From positions 4,352,001-4,416,000 of the forward strand of contig OZ242180.1 in the NCBI GenBank assembly GCA_965205485.1: 64,000 nt of DNA, read 5' to 3'. The notes beneath the pieces were generated by a model. The model worked only from the letters and a program-made list of their open reading frames with translations. It was not told where the DNA came from and did no database searches. Both the position numbers and the translations under genes were made by a program. The stretch comes from Candidatus Latescibacterota bacterium (GTDB lineage Bacteria; Latescibacterota; UBA2968; GCA-2709665). Position 1 is the first letter of the stretch; every line of letters begins with the position of its first letter. Positions 38,766-51,900 of this stretch are shown here, in pieces.

Positions 38766-40034
38766 TTACTTGAGATACAGCATGCGCCGGGCGTCCACGC
38801 CTCCCGGATGGAACAGGCGCACCAGGTAAACACCCGCGGCCACGTCATTGCCGCGCCCGTCGCGCGCATGCCACCGGACCACGTACCTGCCCGCGGCCTG
38901 GTGATCGTCCACCAGCGTGTTCAGGTGCTGGCCGAGTGAGTTGAAGACCTCCAGACGCACCGGACCCGCGTCCGCCAGACGGTACGCGATCAGCGTGCTG
39001 CTGTTGAACGGGTTGGGAAAATTGGGCGCCAACCCGGCTTCAGGTTGTGCGTTCTCAGGCGGCGCGATCCTGGCTGAATAAAGCGCGTGGCTGGCCAGCA
39101 CACGGGCTGCGCCCCCCGGCGTCAATTCCAGGATCTGGCGGTGGTCCTCGTTGAGAGGAATGCTGTGCCATCGGCCCACGATCCCGCCGGCTTCGTTGCG
39201 GGCGCGAGCGCTGTAGTAGCCGGTGACGCCCGAACCGTGCAGCGTGACGACGTCGAGCGCCGCGCGGCCGGCGCCGTCGGTGACCGCACACCAGGCGTAT
39301 TGCGGGGGCCGCCCCGATACCGAACGGGCGAATTCCACCGTCAGGCCCGCCGTCGCTTCGCCCGTTACGTTGGCCTGTACCGCCGACCGGGAAATGGACG
39401 AGGGACCTCCGGGCCGCGCCAGTTCCCAGACGATTTGCTCGTCAGAATCCACGGAAGGGTCGGCAAAATCGCTGTCGCCGGGCAGCATGAAGACCAGCCG
39501 GTCGCGGGTCAGGTAAGCGTAGAGGTCGTTAAAAAACTCAAGAAAAATCGTGTTTACGAAGGTAATAACAAGCCTGTATTCCTCCAGCGCCATCTCGCTA
39601 TCGGACAGCTTGACGACGTCTTCCAGGTCCTCGCCGTCCTCGAACAGGCTCAGATAATGGGCGTTGAAACGCAGGGTATCGGATTGCAGCGTATAGTAGC
39701 CGAACGCGACGACAGCTCTGGATTCAGGCGCCGGTTCGTGAATCGGCGGGTCCGGCAGGAAATGGGGAAACCTGTACCCCGCTGCCGCCCGTACCCCAGC
39801 GGTAAGCCTGTAGGAGTTGCACCGGTACAATTCAAGGGTGAGATAGGGCGTCACGGGAATGGGATTCTCATTTCCTTCCGCCGGATAGATGATGGTCCGA
39901 ACGTTGAAATTCAGACTGTTTTGAACCAGGTTCCACGTATCCGGCGGAGAAGGCGCATCTGCCCGCAAAGGGGCCGGATACATCGTGACAAGGAAAAATA
40001 CCAGTGCTTTCATCCTGCAGCTTTGATTGGTCAC
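38766..40034 (-). CDS. Secreted protein with C-terminal FlgD-Ig / T9SS-type-A-like sorting domain
   Basis: PNFPNPFNSSTLIAY...VFNSLGQ...VAAGVYLVRL...RRMLYLK at the C-terminus. Confidence 0.85.
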   Translation of the reverse strand: MTNQSCRMKALVFFLVTMYPAPLRADAPSPPDTWNLVQNSLNFNVRTIIYPAEGNENPIPVTPYLTLELYRCNSYRLTAGVRAAAGYRFPHFLPDPPIHEPAPESRAVVAFGYYTLQSDTLRFNAHYLSLFEDGEDLEDVVKLSDSEMALEEYRLVITFVNTIFLEFFNDLYAYLTRDRLVFMLPGDSDFADPSVDSDEQIVWELARPGGPSSISRSAVQANVTGEATAGLTVEFARSVSGRPPQYAWCAVTDGAGRAALDVVTLHGSGVTGYYSARARNEAGGIVGRWHSIPLNEDHRQILELTPGGAARVLASHALYSARIAPPENAQPEAGLAPNFPNPFNSSTLIAYRLADAGPVRLEVFNSLGQHLNTLVDDHQAAGRYVVRWHARDGRGNDVAAGVYLVRLFHPGGVDARRMLYLK

Positions 40035-40043
40035 GCCTCTCTC

Positions 40044-42857
40044 CTATTCCCCGTCGTCGTCGTCGATGACCACCAATACCCACTTCCTTGCGCCATCGTA
40101 GCCGCCCCCGCTGCCCCTGTTGGTCACGGCCACCCAATAGTTCAGGTCGTCGTCGTCCTGGTTGGCGGTGAGCCTCACCCTCTGCGGCGCATTCCAGTTA
40201 TTCGTGGTGAAGGTGAGGCTGTCGCGATTGGCCGACAGCTTGCTCGAGGAGCTGCTGACGGCAACGGTCACGCTGTCGGAAGGCTGGGACGCCAGGGCCA
40301 CCGTATACCCTTTGGTTTCCCCTTCGGTGATCCTGAATTCGTTCCGGCTCAATACCAGTTCTCCCACGTCCGGTTCCTCCGCGTCCGCCTGGTTGGAAGC
40401 ATTCTGTACACTGGTGGCGTCGAAGTTGGCCAAGGGGTTGCCAGCCCTGTCGATGAAGAGCCCCACCGCATCGCTGGCGAAAATGTTGTCGTAGGATATT
40501 TTAACCCGCTGGCTCTCGGTCACCCGATTCGAGGCATTGAGGTGCAGCTGCAACGACAGGCCGTGAATAGAGGCGGAACTGGGCCTCACCTGATCGCCGT
40601 CCACCTCGAGCGTCAGGACCGCTATGAAGAACTGGCCGAGATTCACGTTGACGATGCTCCTGATCGTGTAGAGAATCCGGGGAACGGTGACGTGCTCGCT
40701 GAAGAACAGGTTGACCTTGCTGCCGGTGTGGTGGACCTCCGCGCTGTTGAGCGTCGGTGATACCCCGTCGACCCTGTGGGCGCTGTCGGCAGCTACGGCC
40801 GCGAAGGCCAGCTCCGCTGAATTGCCGGCAAGGTCCGTGATGGCGTTGTCGTCCTCGAGACTGAGGGTGTCGGCGTCGATGGCGATGCCGTCCGTGTCGG
40901 TGTCCCCCTCCTGAACGACGTAGGCAAAGACCGCGGACGAGTCTCCAGTGAAGTCGTAGGTGGCCGTTCTCGCCTCGCCGCCGAGGTCCAGCTCCAGTTG
41001 CGGGGCGCCGGAAACAGTCACCTCCTCGCTGAAGGTCATCGTCACCTCGATGCTGTCCCCGACGGCGTAGAGCCTGTCGCCGCCCGCACGGGAGCTGATG
41101 GCGATGGATGACAGGACCGGGGCCACGGCATCCACCCTGTGGCCTGCATCGGCGGCGATGGGATCGTGGCTCAGGTCAACGGCGACGCCCGTCACGGCCT
41201 GCTTGATGGCGCCGCCGTTGAGCGTGAGCTTGTCCTCCCCGATGGCGATGCCGTCGCCGTCGAGGTCGCCCTCCTGCACCTGGTAGCCAAAGACCACCTC
41301 GGGGCCGGCGGTCCTGTCGCCGGGGCTGACACTTCCCTCGAACGAACCCTGCCCGAACCGGGCGATCTTGTCCGTTGTCCCGACGCTCAACTCGAGCTGC
41401 GGCGTTCCCGTGACGGACACATTTTCGTCGAAGGTCACCTTTGCGCCGATCCAGTCGCCGGCGACATACGTGGAGTCGTCCCCCGGATCCGTAACCAGCA
41501 CGACCGACGAGATGGCGGGAACGGGCAGGGTCAGCCCTCCGTCCACCTTGTGGCTGTCGGCGTTCGCGATTTCGCTGTGCCTCCGGTCGGCTTCCGCTGA
41601 AGTCTCCAGGGAGCCCGCCGGGCGCGACGACCAGATCTTGCCACTCCCTCCCCACCCGCCGTCATCGCCCGCCAGGACGGTGAGACCGTCCGTGTCTTCA
41701 TCCCCTGCCACGACGGTGTGTTTGAAGACCAGGGCTTTGGTGCGGTTTCCGGAGGCGTATCGGGCATGCGGGCTGGTGAACTCGCCGTCGCCATAGGTGA
41801 ACTTCAGGCCCTTGGTCACGGCGCCCTCTACCCGGACGTTCTGGTCGAAGGTGACCGCGATCCGGATCGCCTCCGTGCGCCGGTAGGTGGCGCCGTAGGC
41901 CGGGCTCGAGGTGACGGCAACCCCCTTGATGTACGGCTCCCCGTTCATCGGGTGGTCGGCATCCGCATCGAGCCCCGACATTTTCCAGGGCGCCCTCACG
42001 CCGTCGTGATTCAACGCCCAGACGATTCTTTCCCTGTACTGGCCAGGGCTGTCAGGGGCGGCACTCCCGATCCGGACCCCGTCGGTGTCTTTGAATTCGG
42101 ATCTCACCGTGAAGGAGAGACGTAGCGTTTCGGTACCGGTCCCGCTCCGGTACCAGGCAAGATTCTGCTGTTCCGTGCCATCCGACGCCCTGTTCCAGAA
42201 ATAGGGCAACCAGGGTTGGTCGACGCTGTCGACCCGCACGGGAGCGGTGTACGTCACGTCGATCTCGACCTCTTCTCCATGCCGGTAGGCGGCGCCGGAG
42301 GCAGGGGTGGAGGCGATTTCCACGTTGGTGACCCAGGGCCCCAGGCTGCCGTTCACCCTGTGACCGGACTGGGTCTCGAGCCCCAGGGGCGTGAACACCG
42401 CCGCAAAGTTGGAAACAGAGGTCTTCACCGTGCCGCTGCCCCTCCAGGCTGTCGCGGGTGCGCTGATCCCGTCGGTGTCCGTGTCCGTCGCGATCACTTC
42501 GTAACGGAAGACCAGCTTTCTCGTGCCGGATCCACGATGATACGTGGCGGTCCGCGTCGAGTCGCCGACGGTGAGGTCCATTTTGACTACGCCGCTGCCG
42601 GTGACCCGCATGCCCCTGTTGAAGGTGGCCTCGATTTCAATGATCTCTCCCAGCCCGTAGGTGTCCCCATTGGGGCCGTTCGAAGGGAAAACGCTGAAGA
42701 AGGCGGAATCAGGAGGTACGGAGATCACGTTCATCGCCGTCATGGTAGCTTCCTCGTGGTCGGCGAAAACCTCGGAAGGGCCCTGAAGCACGTTCAGTCC
42801 GACAATGATGGAGACCAGTGCGATTCGTACGGTGAGCCGGAGGCTATTATTGTGCAT
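40044..42857 (-). CDS. Secreted Ig-like repeat surface protein without a beta-barrel
   Basis: Start MHNNSL at 42857 behind AAAGGAG; five repeats TYxxG(E/D)xIxxxxTF...A.Y..GxGT..LVF.Y.V...D.DTDGI; ends with one repeat of the type found in the giant adhesin. Confidence 0.85.
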   Translation of the reverse strand: MHNNSLRLTVRIALVSIIVGLNVLQGPSEVFADHEEATMTAMNVISVPPDSAFFSVFPSNGPNGDTYGLGEIIEIEATFNRGMRVTGSGVVKMDLTVGDSTRTATYHRGSGTRKLVFRYEVIATDTDTDGISAPATAWRGSGTVKTSVSNFAAVFTPLGLETQSGHRVNGSLGPWVTNVEIASTPASGAAYRHGEEVEIDVTYTAPVRVDSVDQPWLPYFWNRASDGTEQQNLAWYRSGTGTETLRLSFTVRSEFKDTDGVRIGSAAPDSPGQYRERIVWALNHDGVRAPWKMSGLDADADHPMNGEPYIKGVAVTSSPAYGATYRRTEAIRIAVTFDQNVRVEGAVTKGLKFTYGDGEFTSPHARYASGNRTKALVFKHTVVAGDEDTDGLTVLAGDDGGWGGSGKIWSSRPAGSLETSAEADRRHSEIANADSHKVDGGLTLPVPAISSVVLVTDPGDDSTYVAGDWIGAKVTFDENVSVTGTPQLELSVGTTDKIARFGQGSFEGSVSPGDRTAGPEVVFGYQVQEGDLDGDGIAIGEDKLTLNGGAIKQAVTGVAVDLSHDPIAADAGHRVDAVAPVLSSIAISSRAGGDRLYAVGDSIEVTMTFSEEVTVSGAPQLELDLGGEARTATYDFTGDSSAVFAYVVQEGDTDTDGIAIDADTLSLEDDNAITDLAGNSAELAFAAVAADSAHRVDGVSPTLNSAEVHHTGSKVNLFFSEHVTVPRILYTIRSIVNVNLGQFFIAVLTLEVDGDQVRPSSASIHGLSLQLHLNASNRVTESQRVKISYDNIFASDAVGLFIDRAGNPLANFDATSVQNASNQADAEEPDVGELVLSRNEFRITEGETKGYTVALASQPSDSVTVAVSSSSSKLSANRDSLTFTTNNWNAPQRVRLTANQDDDDLNYWVAVTNRGSGGGYDGARKWVLVVIDDDDGE

Positions 42858-42961
42858 CTGTCTCTCCTTTCCTGTTGCGGCTGTGTCCATTCCGCCGGAC
42901 GTTCTGATCGGAAAACCGGTTATTCTGCAGCACAACCACGCTTCCAATGACTTCAACGTGG

Positions 42962-45900
42962 CTACCAGATTACCCGACCCAGGATCCGGATGCCGTAGAT
43001 CGCGGCTTCCCGTCCCTGCGCCTGGCGTATGCCCCGCACGTCCAGGCGCGCTGCCCTGCCCAACAGGAACCGTCCGCCAATGCGATAGCTGTCGCGGCCG
43101 CGGGTCCCGGCCGTCCAGCCGCCATAAGGCATTACTGTGCCCTCTCCGTCAGGCGTCAGGAGCTGATACCCGACGTCGACCTTCATCCGATCCGGTCGAA
43201 CACCCGGGGTTCCCCCAGGACTCAATGCCAGGACCGGCGCGTCCAGCCACAGCGTTCCTTCCGTCTCCGCGGGCGCGCCCCAGACCGGCGACACGTCCAG
43301 CATCAACCCCTGCTCGCCCTGTCCAGGACTGACGCGCAGAAACAGACTCGCCCCCCACTCTTCGAAGTCTGACTGCTCGTGCAGGACGAGATAGCGCCCG
43401 CGTGCCGACAGGCTGACGCCGTTATCGACGTGGATGTACTCGATGCCGCCGCCCACGTCGACGCCCCTGCCATTCTCTATGCGCCCCCAATCCCTCCGCC
43501 CGCCGATCTCCACGCTCTGGCTCAACCGGCTTGCGCGTCCGCTTCTATGGGTGTGACGAGCCTCGATGAGCAGGCGCACCCGCTTCGCCTCCTCGCGCAC
43601 TTCCGGCAGCCGCGCGTTTTCGTCTGACGCGGTCTCCACGTAAAACGCGTCACCCTTGAGCGCGAACCCGACCCGGCCCAGGGTGGTCAGAAGTTGACGC
43701 CCGCCGCCGGCGCCCATCATCAACGTCAGATCCGTTTCCAGTCCGCCTTCGGCGTCAGTCAGCTCGACCCTGCCCCGCCCGGCGCCGAACATCCCCCACA
43801 ATCCGAACCGCGGATGCGGTTTCAGATGGAGGTAGGGCAGCAGGGTTGTGATCGCAAAATCGATCGGCACCAGGGTCCTGCCCGAAACGGCATGCGTGTA
43901 GTTCAGGTCGCCCGCGCTATACGTTGCAGCCAGGCCCAGCAGCGCCTTTGAGCGGATGTTGTAGTCGATACCGACGTAGCTGCTGAATGCGTCCGCATCC
44001 ATCCGCCGGGCGGTTCCGGGCGCGCCCTCGAAACCACTCATGGCGCCGCGGCCCCAGAGCGTCCATCCGGACTCACCTCCTTTGCTGCGATGTGGAACGC
44101 GAATGTCGCTGCCGGACAGGGCGTCCCATACACTCGTCCGGCGCAAGTGAGTCAGGGCCCGGATCGTCTGGGCGTCCGGCGGGATACGGTACCCGAGCGC
44201 CGCGGGCGGGGCGATTTCCCGTCCGTAAATCGTCGAGTACGACCGTTGGCCCCGGTCCCGGTTGCCGTCCATGATCAGCGGCTGCCCGCCGAGCGTAAGC
44301 GACGGGCGGCCGTCACGGTCCGGATCGAACCGGCGGCTGATCACCTCGACGGCATCTGAAGCCACCATGCGTCCCACGCTCGAAAGGAATATCTCCAGCG
44401 CCCGTATCGCGGCATCGTTGTCGTCGATGGTGCCGGTTGCCGCCGCCTCCTCACCGTTGAGCGTCGCGTTGACCGACCTGGACAGGATCATTCTGAAATT
44501 CTCGGTGTCTTCCTCCACGCTGTCGTCAATGATCGGTACGGTAACGGTCCGCCGTGTCTCCAGCGGGGCGAAGCGAAGGGTGCCACGCGTCCTGGCATAG
44601 TCCGCGCCTGCCGCCGCCGTGCCGTTGGACGTGGCGTAATTCACTATGACTTCCTCGCTGCTCTGCACGTCCAGCGTCACCGTGAACACCATCTCCCCGG
44701 CGTGTTCGGTAACCCGTTCATTTCCGATCGTCACCACGGGCACGTCGTCTTCGATCACCGTAACGGCAAGAGAGGGCACGGCCACTGCGCCGTAGTCTCC
44801 CCCGCTGATCAAATGACTCAGCGTTGCCCTGTCGACGATCGCGTCGTCGTCGTGGGCCGCGCGCACCACGAATTCCTGCGGTACGTCCCAGTTCCGTGGC
44901 GAGAACGTCATCTGCACGGGCGCCACCGACACGTCGGGATTCGCCGTTTCCGTGACGTCAACCTTCACCAGCGACGTCGGCTCGCTGTGAAGTACGACAT
45001 TGTAGCCGGCGGCCTGCCCTTCGGGAACGGCCAGGGCCGCCGTGGAAACGGTCACGCCGCGTTCGTCGTTGTCCAGAATTGTAACCGCCGCGTTCATCGG
45101 GCGACCCCGTTCGACCCTGTCGGGCAGCGAACCGAATCCCAACGTCACGGTTTCGCCGTCATCGTCGACGTCGTCGTCGACGGCGGCCACCCGGAACCGT
45201 TTTCGAGTCTCGCCTCTGTTGAAGACGACATTGGGAGGCACGCCGTGGTAGTCCGTTGCCGTGGCGCCGCCGCCGTGCGCGACCACCACCGGAATTGTCA
45301 CTTCACGCTCAGGGTCCGCGCTCAACAATACCGTGACCCGTGCCGGATTACCGCCCTCGGCGGCGTCATGGGATGCACCGTCGAACGAGACGTTTACCAC
45401 GGGATCGTCGTCGTCTTCAATGTGAATCACGGCCTCGGCGGGTTTGCCCGGAATGACCCGATCCGGCAGCGTTCCGAAACCGATGGTGATGCTCTCGTCG
45501 TCATCGTCAAGGTCGTCATCGACGGCGGTGACGTCGAAGGACCTTTCCATCTCACCAGAACCGAAAGTGACCGTCGACGGCACGCCCTCGAAGTCGTCCG
45601 GCGTCGCACCGCCCTGCATGCTCACCCTGATCGGCACCGTCAGGTCGCGCTCCGGGTCGCCGCTCAACGTCACGCGAACCGTCACGCGAGCGGGAGCACC
45701 CCCCTCTCTGGCGGTATAGCTGTCGCTGGCGAAAGAGACGATTGTCATCGGGTCGTCATTGTCAACAATGAGAATCTCGGTCGACACGGGGTTGCCTGCG
45801 ACGACCCGATCCGGCAGGGTACCGAAGCCGATCGTCAGACTCTCGCCGTCATCGTCCACGTCGTCGTCCACGGCGGTGACGTCGAAGGATTCAGCCATCT

Positions 45901-48900
45901 GGCCGACGCCAAAGGTAATCGCTTCCGGAACCCCTTCGAAGTCGTCCGGCGTGGCGCCGCCGTTCAGGTCGACCGTCAGCGGAACCGTCACGGCCCGCCC
46001 GGGGTCGGCGTTGAGCATCACGCGCACGGTGACCCGCGCGGGAGTGCCGCCCTCTGCCGCCGTATAGTTCGCCTTCGCGAAGGAGACGGTGACTTCAGCC
46101 CCCGCCGGTTCATCGCGCGCGTCGTCGTCGGTAACGGTCACTGCGAGATTCCTGACGACCGTATCATAGCCGCCGCCGGCGGCAGTATGCGACAGCGTCA
46201 CCGGGTCATCGTCCGCATCGTCATCGTGCGCCGCCGATACCCGAACGGTCTGCGGCGTGTTCCAGGATGCAGCGCCGAACGTGAGCGTCGTCTTGTCCAG
46301 AGAAACGTCCGTACCCGCCGCCCCGCCGACGGTCACGGTCACGTCCGAAACGGGCGGCGCGGTGAGTGTCACCGTGTAGTCTTCATGGGCCCCCTCGTCC
46401 ACGCGCAACGGCGCCGGTTCCAGCACGATGTCTCCCGCCACGCTTCCGCCTCCGCCGCCCCCGCCACCTCCGTCGTCGTCGATCACCGTAACCGGCAGGT
46501 CTACCCGCGCGGATCCGTAGTTGCCTCCCGAGGCCGTGTGTACGAGGGTGCCGTTGTCATTGACCGCGTCTTCATCATGACCCGCGGTCACCGTCACGGT
46601 CTGCGGCGTGTTCCAGTTCGAATTGGTGAATGCGAGCGTGTTCCTGCCCAGCCTGAGATCCGCCTCGCTTCCCCCCGAGATCGTTACGCTCACGTTCGCA
46701 CCGGGCAGCGAGGACAGCTTCACCGTGTACGCGGTGCTGGTCCCCTCTCCGAACGACAGCGACGCCGGCGACAATACCAGGGCCGCCTCGTCGTCATCGG
46801 CCACCCTCACCGGGAGGTCCTTGCGTACCGAACCGTAATTTGCGCCGGAGGCCGTATGCGACAGTTTCGCCGAATCGTCGCTGCTGTCTGCATCGTGCGC
46901 CGCGGACACACTCACTGACTGATCCACGTTCCAGGTCTCCGGAGTAAATCTCATGGTCTTGGTACTGAGCGTCACGTCGGTACCCGACGTGATTTCGACG
47001 GTCACCGTTACCTCGCCGCCCGGCAGCGTCGACAGCCTTACCCGGTAGCTGGCGCTGGACCCCTCGTTCACCGTCAGCGACGGCGGCGATATCACCAGGT
47101 CGGCCTCGTCGTCGTCCGCAATCAGTACCCGAAGGTCCCTGCTCACGGACCCGTAGTCACCCCCAAAGGCCGTATGCGTCAGCGTCGCCGTGTCACTGCC
47201 GCTGTCGTCGTCCGCCGCCGCCGACACGCGCACCGTCTGGTCGATGTTCCAGTCCGTCGTCGAAAACGTCAGAAGCGTCTTGTCCAGCAACAGGTCCGTG
47301 TTCGCCGTCCCGCCGATGGTCACCGTCACGTCTGCCGTCGGCCGGGTCGCCAGCGACACCGTGTAGGTGACGTCCTCACCCTCCATCAACGTCAGCGATG
47401 GCGGCGACAGGACCAGGGCCGGCGCGTCGTCGTCGGTGATCTCGACCGGAAGATCCGCGGTTACGGACACATAATCGCCGCCGTTGGCAGTGTGCGAAAT
47501 CGTCGCGTCTTCGCTGACCGCATCGTCATCGTCCGCGGCGGACGCCGTCACCGGCTGCGACGTGTTCCACGTCACGGTCGTGAACGTCAGACTCGTTTCG
47601 TCCAGTGTCAGATCCGTCCCCGCGGTCCCGCCGATGGCTACCGTTACGTCAGCCGTCGGCCTCGTGGCCAGCCTGATCCGGTACGTGGAGGCTCCGTTTT
47701 CCCGGATGCCAAGTGTCTCCGGCGCCAGAACCAGACCCGCTTCGTCGTCGTCCGTGACCGTGACGGGCAGGTCCTTCGTCACGGACCCGTAGTCGCCGCC
47801 CGATGCCGTATGCGTCAGCGTCTCGTCGTCATTGACCGCGTCGTCGTCGTCCCCCGCCGACACCGTCACCGTCCGCTCCGTATTCCAGTTCCCGGTCGTG
47901 AACGTCAGGCTCGGCGGATTGGTGGTGAGGTCCGTACCCGCCTGGCCGCCGATGGTCACCGTTACGGTTGCGGTCGGCCGCGTGTCCAGCACCACGGTGT
48001 ACGTCGCATCGTCGTTCTCGTCCACCGGCAGCGACGCGGGCTCAATCACGATCGCCGCCTCGTCGTCATCGATGACCGTGACGGGCAGGTCCTTCGTCAC
48101 GGAACCGTAGTCCCCGCCCGACGCGGCGTGCGTCAGCGTCTCACTGTCGTCGACCGCGTCGTCGTCGTCACCCGCGGACACCGTCACCGTCTGTTCCGCG
48201 CTCCACGTCGTGGGTGTGAACGTCAGACTCGTCTGGTTCAGCGAAACGTCGGTTCCGGGCGGCAGGCCGATGGTCACCGTCACGTCTGCCGACGGTTCCG
48301 TGTCCAGCTTCACGGTATAGGTGTTGTCGTCGTTTTCATTCACCGTCACCGGCGTGGGAACAAGCACGATCGCCGCCTCGTCGTCGTCCGTAACCGTGAC
48401 ATCGAGGTCCTTCGTCAATGACGCGTAGTCGCCGCCTGACGCCGTGTGCGTCAATGTCTCACTGTCATTGACCGCGTCGTCGTCGTCCGCGGCCGTTACC
48501 GTCACCGTCTGTTCCGTGCTCCACGTCGTCGCCGTGAACGTGAGACTCGTCTGGTTCAGCGACAGATCCGTACCCGAGTGACCGCCGATGGTCACCGTCA
48601 CCGCAGCCGTCGGCTCCGAGGCCAGCTTCACGGTATACGCGTTGGCGTCGTTCTCGTCCACGGGCAGCGGCTCGGGAGCGATCACGATCGCCGCCTCGTC
48701 GTCGTCCGTGACCGTGACAGGCAGGTCCTTCGTCACGGTCGCGTAGTCGCCGCCCGACGCCGTGTGCGCCAGGGTCTCGCTGTCATCGACCGCGTCGTCA
48801 TCGGCCGCCGCGGATACCGTCACCGTCTGCTCCGTGTTCCAGTTTCCGGTCGTGAACGTCAGACTCGTCCGGTTCAGCGACAGGTCCGTACCCGAGTGAC

Positions 48901-51900
48901 CGCTGATCGTCACCGTCACCGTCGCCGTCGGCAGGGTCGTCAATGCTACCGTGTAAATCTCGTCATCGTCTTCGCCGACTTCCAGCGCCGGGGACGACAG
49001 GGACAACCCTGCCTCGTCGTTGTCGGTGACCGTCACCGGAAGGTCTTTGCTCACGGACGCATAGTCACCCCCCGACGCGGTGTGTGAGAGCGTCTCATTG
49101 TCAATCACCGCGTCCGCATCCTCCGCCGCGGACACCGTCACCGTCTGCTCCGTGTTCCAATTGCCGGTCGTGAACGTCAGGCTCGTCTTGTTCGGAGTCA
49201 GATCCGTACCCGAGTGACCGCTGATCGTCACCGTCACCGCCGCCGTCGGCTCCGTATCCAGCGCCACCGTGTACGTCCTGTCGCCGCCCTCGAGTACGCC
49301 GAGTGACGGGGGGTCAATCGCCAGGGCCGGCTCGTCGTCGTCCGTGACCGTGACGTCCAGGTCCTTCGTTACGGACCCGTAGTCGCCTCCCGACGCCGTG
49401 TGCGTCAGCACCTCGCTGTCATCGACCGCATCGTCGTCGTCCCCCGCGGATACCGTCACCGTCTGCTCCGTACTCCAGTCCCCGGTCGTGAACGTCAGAC
49501 TCGTTTCGTTCAGCGACAGGTCCGTACCCGAGTGACCGCCGATCGTCACCGTCACCGTTGCCGTCGGCTTCGTATCCAGTTTTACGGTATAGGCGTTGTC
49601 GTCGTTCTCGCCCACGGGCAGCGGCTCTGGGTCGAGCACGATCGCCGGCTCGTCGTCATCCGTGACCGTCACGGGCAGGTCCTTCGTCACCGACCCGTAG
49701 TCGCCGCCCGACGCGGTGTGTGTCAGCGTCGCGCTGTCGTCCACCGCGTCGTCATCGTCCGCCGCGGACACCGTCACCGTCTGCTCCGTGTTCCAGTTTC
49801 CGGTCGTGAACGTCAGGTTTGGCGGGTCCGTTGTCAGGTCCGTATCCGCCGTTCCGCCGATGGTCACCGTCACCGTCGCCGTCGGCTCCGTGTCCAGCTT
49901 CACGGTATAGGTGTTGTCGTCGTTCTCGTCCACGGGCAGCGGCGTGGGCGCAAGTACGATCGCCGCCTCGTCGTCATCCGTGACCGTAACTTCGAGGTCC
50001 TTCGTCACCGATCCGTATTCGCCGCCGGACGCCGTGTGCGTCAGGGTCTCGCTATCGTCGACCGCGTCGTCATCGTCCCCCGCCGTGACCGTCACCGTCT
50101 GCTCCGTGTTCCAGTTCCCGGTCGTGAACGTCAGGCTCGTCCGGTTCAGTGTCAGATCCGTACCCGAGTGACCGCTGATGGTCACCGTCACCGTCACCGT
50201 CGGCTCCGTGTCCAGCCGCACGGTATAGGGCTTGTTGTCGTTTTCGTCCACGGGCAGCGGCTCGGGCACGAGCACGATCGCCGCCTCGTCGTCGTCCGTG
50301 ACCGTGACGTCAAGGTCCTTCGTCACCGACCCGTAGTCGCCGCCCGACGCCGTGTGCGTCAGCGTCTCGCTTTCGTCGACCGCGTCATCGTCGTCTCCCG
50401 CCGTTACCGTCACCGTCTGCTCCGTGTTCCAGTTCCCGGTCGTGAACGTCAGACTCGTCCGGCTCAGCGACAGATCCGTACCCGAGTGGCCGCCGATCGT
50501 TACCGTCACCGTCGCCGTCGGCTCCGTGTCCAGCCTCACGGTATAGGCGTTGTCGTCGTTTTCGTCCACGGGCAGCGGCTCGGGATCGACCACAATCGCC
50601 GGCTCGTCGTCGTCCGTGACCGTGACGTCCACGTCCTTGCTGATGGAACCATAGCCTCCGCCGGATGCCTCGAGCGTCAGCGTCGCATCGTCATCGACCG
50701 CGTCGTCATCGTGTGCGGCGGAAACCGTCACGGTCTGTTCCGTGTTCCAGGTCGTCGGTGTAAACGTCAGGGTCGGATCGCTCACCGACACGTCCGTGCC
50801 GGGCGGCGTTCCGACGTTCACGGTTACGTTCGCCGTCGGCTCCGTGGCCAGCTCGACGCGGAACGTGTTGCTGGATCCCTCGCCCACCGGCAACGTCTGG
50901 GTGGACAGCACCAGGTCCGCATCGTCGTCGTCCGTTATTGCCAGTTGCCGGCTGTAGGGAAACGCAATGGTCCCGAAAGACAGCTCGTCGGCGATCGTCA
51001 ACGCCCCGGAGACAAGGACCTGCTTGTCCAGCGCATCGACGTCGTTGTCCATGGCCGTCAACGTGACCATCCCCGTACTCGTCTTCGATCCCTGCGCGAT
51101 CGTCAGCGTCGTGCCGTTCTGCGTAAAGTCGCCTGACGCCTCGGTGGACACCGTCACGGTGACCTCGCTTCGTACCGCCGAGTTCAGTTCCGCCGTCACC
51201 GTGGACGTCCCGCCGGCTTCGCCGATCGCATCCGGGGTCAGTACCAGCGTGACCTCGGGAGGGGATTCATCTTCGACGACATTCCAGTCGTTCTGTATTT
51301 TCGCCGCACTCAGACCGTCCGGTCCCGTTACTTCGTACGTGTAGGCGACTTTGGATCCGAATTTGTGGCTGTAGTAGTCGTTGTCCACCGTCGAGAGCGT
51401 CACCGTCCCGGTGCTCGTGGTGTCGCCCGCCGATATCGTCAGCGTCCGGTTTGTGCTCAACGCGTACTCGTCCGCAAACGCTGACGTGTTGTCCTCATCG
51501 ATGGCGACGCTCACGCTGACGTTTTCGGTCAGGGGCTGCGTCAGGTATGCGCTCACCGTGCTCGTCTGACCCTGGCCCTCGACCAGTCGGTTCGGCGACA
51601 GCAACATCCACAGCATGGAGCCGGTCGCGTCGTCGTCGAGGATCATGACACTCGTCGTCCTCACGGTAAAGGACGATGAGCTGAAGTTTGTCCTGCTGAC
51701 GCTCGCGGAGGTATTGTTCGTGCCCGCGATGTCTGCCGCCGTAACCGTTACGGTCCCCGTGCTCATCGTCTGACCGGCGGGCATCGTCAGCTGGATGTTG
51801 TCGCTCAACACAAGCGTCGAACCGAAGACCCTGACGTCGAAGGTCACCGTCTCGGGCATTGGCACGAATGACACCGCGCTGATCGTGCTGACGCCGCCGT

